A stretch of DNA of 63,963 nt, filler included, from Thraustochytrium aureum (lineage: Eukaryota), in the NCBI GenBank assembly GCA_012862495.1. It is 9 parts of 6 records of this genome, joined end to end, with 100 filler letters (N's around TTAATTAATTAA, not from the genome) between each part and the next. Parts side by side here need not be neighbours in the genome. Positions count along the whole stretch, not along the records: positions 58,679 to 62,838 come from BLSG01000023.1; positions 62,939 to 63,963 come from BLSG01000049.1; 7 more parts are not named here. One strand, written 5' to 3'. The position numbers and the translations under genes were made by a program. This document shows positions 58,961 to 63,963 of the stretch, one piece after another; position 1 is the stretch's first letter, and the number at the start of each line of letters is the position of its first letter. The notes beneath the pieces were generated by a model that was not told where the DNA came from, searched no databases, and saw only the letters and a program-made list of their open reading frames with translations.

Positions 58961-61900
58961 ATGAGCCAGTCGAGCTCCTCGAGCGCAGCGGCGCCAGGCG
59001 AGGAGCTGTGCAGCGCGTGTGGGGAGTCTGGGCATCGTGACGCACGTAGCTCAAAGTGCCGCTTGCGCGGCCAACGCGGGAAGAGGCGGGCCAGAACTCA
59101 TGGAGATGAGTCGCTCAAGGTGCCGGAACCCGCAGCTAGCCAAGCTTCGGAAGCGGGCGCTGCTCCGCCTCGTCCGAAGGAATTTCACGAGTCATGGACG
59201 AAGCTTCCACTTCTCGAGCCCGTTGTTGTCACACCAGACGAGGCTACGAAGCTCATCGGCCTCGATGAGCGGGCACATGAGCATGTGAAGGAGATGATCA
59301 ATCGCCTTGAAAGTTCATGGCAGCGCAAGGGCGTGCACAACCCAGAGGAATTGAAGATTGACCAGCTCTTTCTGTTCGTGCTTGGCGACGCTCAAGGCAA
59401 ACTTGTAGAGTGGATGAACGAGCGCATCAACATTCTCAAGCTACCCAGGCGAGCTGTTGAGCCCTGGGAATTCATGGCGTTTCTTGGCATGCTTTTCATG
59501 ACTTGTGCTCTTGATGTGGAGAAGAGCATCGCCTTCCGGATTTTTCGAACCTACATGTCAGACATCGGGACGCACGTCGAGAATGTGCATCTCAGCGAGA
59601 CGCGATTCAATGAAATCCAGCAGGTTCTGTGCGGATTTGAGCCTCAGGTGGTGGCTTCCGCAAGCGACCATGCGGACGTCACGAACGATGCTGCTCGTTT
59701 TGGAGAACTCGACCGATGTATGTCGCGCTACACGATGAAAACTGTCCTTGACAACTCCATCCGCATCACCATAGACGATCGCAACCTCGCCACCGTGTCG
59801 GCATCAAACCCGACAAACACGTACCGGCCGCGCAAGCGCCACAAGAACGGGGCAGGCTCCGACTGTGCTGCAGACGCCATGCTGCGCATCGTCCTTCTCA
59901 ACGTGCTTTTCACGAGCACGTACAACCAAGTCCAAGTGCTCGAGGACATACTAGACAGGATTGCCGACGTTCTGGGCGATGTTTCTGGCGTCGAGGTTTG
60001 CTTGGACCGTGGCTACCCAAGTGTTGGCCTGTACAGGCTTTGCGCGCGGAAGGGCTTCGATCTCATCACGATCAACGACAAAGAAAGGCAGCAGGGCAAC
60101 CCCTTCTTGTCCGAAACGGCGCTTCGAGATCGCGCGACCAAGTTGAAGGCGCGAGATTGCGAGATGAGCCCAGCCCAGTGTGACTTGGACAAGAAGTTTG
60201 TTGTTGCGGACGACGCGCAACTGGGAATGCGCATCTTTGCTGCGAAGAAGAGCCTATCAAAGGGCTCGAACAGGACCGTTTGGGCTTATGCTTTTGCTGT
60301 TCGAGAATTCGGTGACGCGAAGGCTACCTACGTCCACCGCTTCATCACGATGTTGGACCCTCACGTGATGGAAAAGTTTCGAACACACTACGTGATGGAG
60401 CTCCTACCTCGAGTGTCGGATGCGCTTGCGTCGACCTGGTTGTTTTATCCTGGCAGGACCACAGCTGCACAATGCGCTAATGACGCAAACCTTGGAAGCG
60501 ACGAGGACGGCGCGGGCAGCGACGTTGGCGAAGGACAATTTGGCACTCAGTATTCTGGAGCAAATTTGAGCGACGCAGAGGCCGAGTATGGGAGCCAGGA
60601 CAGCGGGGACGAGGAGGGCGAGAGAAGCACCAGCTGCTCAGACGCGGAGTATGAAGTTGAAGAGACTCTCCCTTCTCCGAACAATCAAGCTGACGAGAGT
60701 TTGGGTCAAGACAGGCACGCTGCCCGCGATGCCCCCGCCGCTGCCCATGTACGCCTTGAAGCGGCCTCAGACACCGATGATCCAGTCGACGAGGAAGCGA
60801 AGGAAACAGGTGCCTCTCGATGCGAAGTGTCCGTCAACAAACTCGCGCGACGCCAAGCCGACGGAGGAGGCGGCAATGTGTCCACTGAGCTGCAGGAAGA
60901 AACGGAGCCGGCTGGTGGAAGTTTGGATGGCGGGCGCTTCAGATGCTCTGCCCCAGAGGAGCTTGTCCGAGATTCTGTCGAAGCATTGCTACTCGAGAAT
61001 GTGGTTCCGTTAACCGCAGGTCAGCGCTGTGCGGATTGGTTCCAGTTCAGAACCTTCCTTGTCACTGGAACAACGGCGCAAGACATTGCTTCTCGAAACG
61101 AGCTCGTGCGCCCTGTTCTGGTGGAGAACCACTCACGCAGCCAACCTGGGCAGTTGACACGTCAAGAGGTCGCTACCAAGCTCTTCAACAGCTGGTTCCA
61201 CGTCAAGAAGTCCATGGGCAGCAAAGCAAACCGTGCCATGATCGCTGGGTCTCGGAATGAGAGCGCTGTCGTCGCCCAGCTCAAGAAGCAGGCCCACGTT
61301 GCGGCCGTTTTTGAGGTTGGCCTTGTGCAGAGCAAAGAGTACGAGCACCTCGGCGTGAGCGCAGACAATATCATCGCGATTCGGCCACCGAACGAAGAGA
61401 AGCAAGAGCTCCTCCTTGCCCCGCTCGAAATCAAAACGAAGGTCGCCATGCGGACACGAGATGGACCAAGACGCGTCCGCAAAAGGTACGGCTCCTACTT
61501 CTCGTGCACAGTGGGTTCCAAGCTCTGGTTCGAAGCTGTTCCGCCCGAGTATCGCGGCCAGCTTATCCAACAGGCTGTCGTCTTTGGTCGGTCTTGCGGG
61601 GTATTTTGCATGGCCACGGAGACAACGATTTTTTACACCGTGCTCATCAGGTACACTGCGTCGGTTCTGAAAAACTGGATCGCTGCCTTTGAGCCTGTTC
61701 GCGACCTTACGGCTTGGGCCTGGAGTGCTGTTGACTCTACTGAGCGTCCAGTTCTTCCCGCACAAGCTTTTACCGCGGAGCAGGCCGCTGTGGTAAGGTC
61801 CAAGTTTCCGATGTGGCGCGCCTTGCACAAGAAGCGCAAGAGCTTCGGGGGTGTTCTTCCACCCATCCGTCTCCTTCGCTCCCTGATCCAGCTGTACTAT

Positions 61901-62566
61901 AGCAAGGGGAAGCAAGGCGTAGATGGGGCAGACGACTTCGCGGAGTTTTTCAACACGCGTGCGCTGAAGGTTGGATGGGAGAAGAAGGTCACGATCGGTC
62001 GACTCGTCGATGCGGTGACCCAAACGTGCATCCTCTGGCGCCTCTACAAGACCTACACGGGAATGAAGAGGAGACACGCGCCGTGGACCGGCCTCAAACC
62101 GTTTCTGGCGCGGTGCAGCAGACTTGCACCTTTGAAGAGCTTGGCCATCACCCTCGCGATGGCGCTCATGGAGAGAGCTTACATGATGAGGAGCCCGCAG
62201 CCACAGGCTGCACCATGTGAAGACGGTGACACTCATAGGCACGCCAAGTCTAGCAGACTCACGAGCGAAGAACACGCGCAGCTCAGGATCCCAAACGGGA
62301 AGCGGAACGTTTTGGCGATGGCAAACCAGGACAACGTCAAGCGGCTTCGTCTCTCCTCGAACGCTCACTATGCCGAGCGTGATGGCTCTCGGACCTGCGT
62401 CGTGTGCTCCACTAACGCGAAAACCAGGTGCAAGTTTTGCAACGTCCAACTGCACACGAGGCTCAAGCATTCGACGAGCCAGAGACGGTCTTGTTGGGAC
62501 CAGTGGCACTTGAACGACACTGTCAAGAAGCGCGACCTCCACAAGAAAGAAAAGAAAACAACTTGA
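58961..62566 (+). CDS. 1201-aa piggyBac-like DDD transposase with N-terminal zinc knuckle, inserted YqaJ/lambda-exonuclease-like domain and C-terminal Cys-rich domain
   Basis: CSACGESGHRDARSSKC; ITID272D; CLD349RGY; YYSKGKQGVD988GAD991; insert QRCADWFQFR..VTGT..MIAGSRNE..EVGL..GVSAD..LEIKT..YRGQLIQQ; tail CVVC..RCKFCNVQLH..CWDQWH. Confidence 0.88.
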   Translation: MSQSSSSSAAAPGEELCSACGESGHRDARSSKCRLRGQRGKRRARTHGDESLKVPEPAASQASEAGAAPPRPKEFHESWTKLPLLEPVVVTPDEATKLIGLDERAHEHVKEMINRLESSWQRKGVHNPEELKIDQLFLFVLGDAQGKLVEWMNERINILKLPRRAVEPWEFMAFLGMLFMTCALDVEKSIAFRIFRTYMSDIGTHVENVHLSETRFNEIQQVLCGFEPQVVASASDHADVTNDAARFGELDRCMSRYTMKTVLDNSIRITIDDRNLATVSASNPTNTYRPRKRHKNGAGSDCAADAMLRIVLLNVLFTSTYNQVQVLEDILDRIADVLGDVSGVEVCLDRGYPSVGLYRLCARKGFDLITINDKERQQGNPFLSETALRDRATKLKARDCEMSPAQCDLDKKFVVADDAQLGMRIFAAKKSLSKGSNRTVWAYAFAVREFGDAKATYVHRFITMLDPHVMEKFRTHYVMELLPRVSDALASTWLFYPGRTTAAQCANDANLGSDEDGAGSDVGEGQFGTQYSGANLSDAEAEYGSQDSGDEEGERSTSCSDAEYEVEETLPSPNNQADESLGQDRHAARDAPAAAHVRLEAASDTDDPVDEEAKETGASRCEVSVNKLARRQADGGGGNVSTELQEETEPAGGSLDGGRFRCSAPEELVRDSVEALLLENVVPLTAGQRCADWFQFRTFLVTGTTAQDIASRNELVRPVLVENHSRSQPGQLTRQEVATKLFNSWFHVKKSMGSKANRAMIAGSRNESAVVAQLKKQAHVAAVFEVGLVQSKEYEHLGVSADNIIAIRPPNEEKQELLLAPLEIKTKVAMRTRDGPRRVRKRYGSYFSCTVGSKLWFEAVPPEYRGQLIQQAVVFGRSCGVFCMATETTIFYTVLIRYTASVLKNWIAAFEPVRDLTAWAWSAVDSTERPVLPAQAFTAEQAAVVRSKFPMWRALHKKRKSFGGVLPPIRLLRSLIQLYYSKGKQGVDGADDFAEFFNTRALKVGWEKKVTIGRLVDAVTQTCILWRLYKTYTGMKRRHAPWTGLKPFLARCSRLAPLKSLAITLAMALMERAYMMRSPQPQAAPCEDGDTHRHAKSSRLTSEEHAQLRIPNGKRNVLAMANQDNVKRLRLSSNAHYAERDGSRTCVVCSTNAKTRCKFCNVQLHTRLKHSTSQRRSCWDQWHLNDTVKKRDLHKKEKKTT

Positions 62567-62703
62567 TTGATTGAATTTGACGATCTCTACGATCGATGGT
62601 CGAGCTTGCTTGATCGCATGCACCGTCGTTTTGGCTCCAGACCAAGGCGGCCTCTTGGAATGGATCCCAGGACGAACGTCTTTCGGCAACCTTTTTCGCT
62701 AAT

Positions 62704-62838
62704 TAAAAGCTACCTTTAAGGGGAGTTTAGAAAAAAAGGCATCGGACAGAGATTTTCTCCGGCTCTGCGCCCAAGGTGATAGTTTCCCTATGAATCACCT
62801 AAACTCCCCTTAAAGGGAACTTAGGTTCTCGGCATCTA
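62704..62838. repeat. Right end: degenerate palindrome (~62704-62730), GCATCGGACA box (62739-62748), palindrome (62797-62826), terminal GGCATCTA
   Basis: Mirror image of the left-end motif order. Confidence 0.9.
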
Positions 62839-63476
62839 NNNNNNNNNNNNNNNNNNNNNNNNNNNNNNNNNNNNNNNNNNNNTTAATTAATTAANNNNNN
62901 NNNNNNNNNNNNNNNNNNNNNNNNNNNNNNNNNNNNNNAGGTCAGGCGTCTGCGCCAAGCCGCAAGGACGACGAGGAGCGGCGTCGAGGACGCGTTTGAA
63001 AACCACGCCTTGGACCGCGCCAGGGAGCCGACGCCGCTCCACGCACGCCAGCACTTGCCCGCGCTTTGTCAGTGCCTTGTCCTTGGCGATTTCGCTCGGC
63101 GCTGCTGCACCTGGCTGGCAGGGGTCTGGGCCGCCACATTGTTGACGTCGAAACGGTCTCAACGGTATTATTGACAAGTCCTTCCAGTATCAACTCCGAG
63201 TCGCTGGCGCATGGACGCGCGCGGGATTGCTGGCGCGGGCGACCCGCATTGCATTGCGGGTTGGGCTGCGGGAGCTTGCGTTCGGCTCGGCCCGAGCTTT
63301 CTAATGAGTGTTTGGACCTAACTTAAACTCTCTACCGCAGAGAGAGGTCGACTTGCGCGCGGCGCCTCGCTTGCACAGCGCGCGCGCGAGCTGTGGCTGG
63401 GGCTCCCGGCGACACGGAGGTTGCTGTGACCGGGACGGTCGGCCTCACCCCATCGCGGCCGCAGGCGTGCGGCGCG

Positions 63477-63963
63477 TCAGCCCNCGTTTGCCTGCGCCTC
63501 GGCGGCGCTCGATGGCTCGGCAGGCTCGGACCGCTGCGCCGCGGCATCGAGCCACTCGGCGTCACCTAGCAAGAGCGCCCTGACAATTCGGGACGGCCCC
63601 TCGGCGGCGGCAGGGATGGACTGCGCGCGAGAGCGCCGCGCGGCCGCAATCTGCGCGGCCACAGCGGAATCAGCTTGCGGGCCTCGCGCTCGTTCTCGGG
63701 GGAGATCTCGGCGATGGGAGCCGGCCCGGACTCGCTCTTAGCCACCAGCTGGCGCCGCAGCACCTCCCCGAGCTGGTCCTTGGAGGCAGCGGCAGCGCGC
63801 GCAAACTGGACCGTGCGAGGGTCGCCTGCATCCAGCGTGAGCCAGCCGACGGGGAAAAGCCCCGCCTTGTCCAAGACCATTTGCTTCACCTTGATGAGTG
63901 GGTCGCTGGGATCCAGCGCCCAGCGCGCCGAGACGCGGTGGTGCCTGTTCGCGCCCGGGGCCA
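63477..63963 (-). CDS. C-terminal part of a hypothetical protein (5' end outside window, probable frameshift near 63662)
   Basis: Coding-like frames 63566-63889 and 63477-63662 overlap; no motif recognised. Confidence 0.4.

Larger units (their letters stand above)
58683..62838 (+). mobile_element. Divergent piggyBac-like DNA transposon encoding a transposase-exonuclease fusion
   Basis: Single transposase ORF; ends TAGATACC... and ...GGCATCTA are inverted; paired TTAA-centred palindromes and an inverted 10-mer at both ends; the element spans the entire scaffold. Confidence 0.85.

Overview
Eukaryotic, GC-rich, intron-poor draft genome sequence, probably a heterotrophic stramenopile such as a thraustochytrid/labyrinthulomycete (inferred from gene content, including a CatSper-type channel). 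The window is not one locus. It is nine scaffold pieces joined by eight artificial 100-nt linkers (N44-TTAATTAATTAA-N44), with further internal N gaps and many single-base frameshifts that look like sequencing errors. Host genes: two divergent membrane-anchored S8 subtilisins, a kinesin fragment, PEP carboxylase (partial), an SGNH hydrolase, a CatSper1-like channel, a TBC/ankyrin/zinc-finger protein, a CCT-domain protein, a DUO3/GON4L-like gene next to a two-PAH ORF, cystathionine gamma-lyase, pICln, an SPX protein, a very large Apple/EGF secreted protein, a sulfotransferase and an EDC4-like WD40 protein. Mobile DNA: an autonomous-type Helitron with a canonical hairpin+CTAG 3' end, and a degenerate Fanzor/TnpB-like remnant beside a ~65-bp fragment of ATP synthase beta. 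The most notable feature is a 4.16-kb element filling scaffold 58679-62838. It encodes one intact 1201-aa piggyBac-like DDD transposase with a complete YqaJ/lambda-exonuclease-like PD-(D/E)XK domain inserted between the 2nd and 3rd catalytic aspartates. Its ends carry short inverted termini and four TTAA-centred palindromes.
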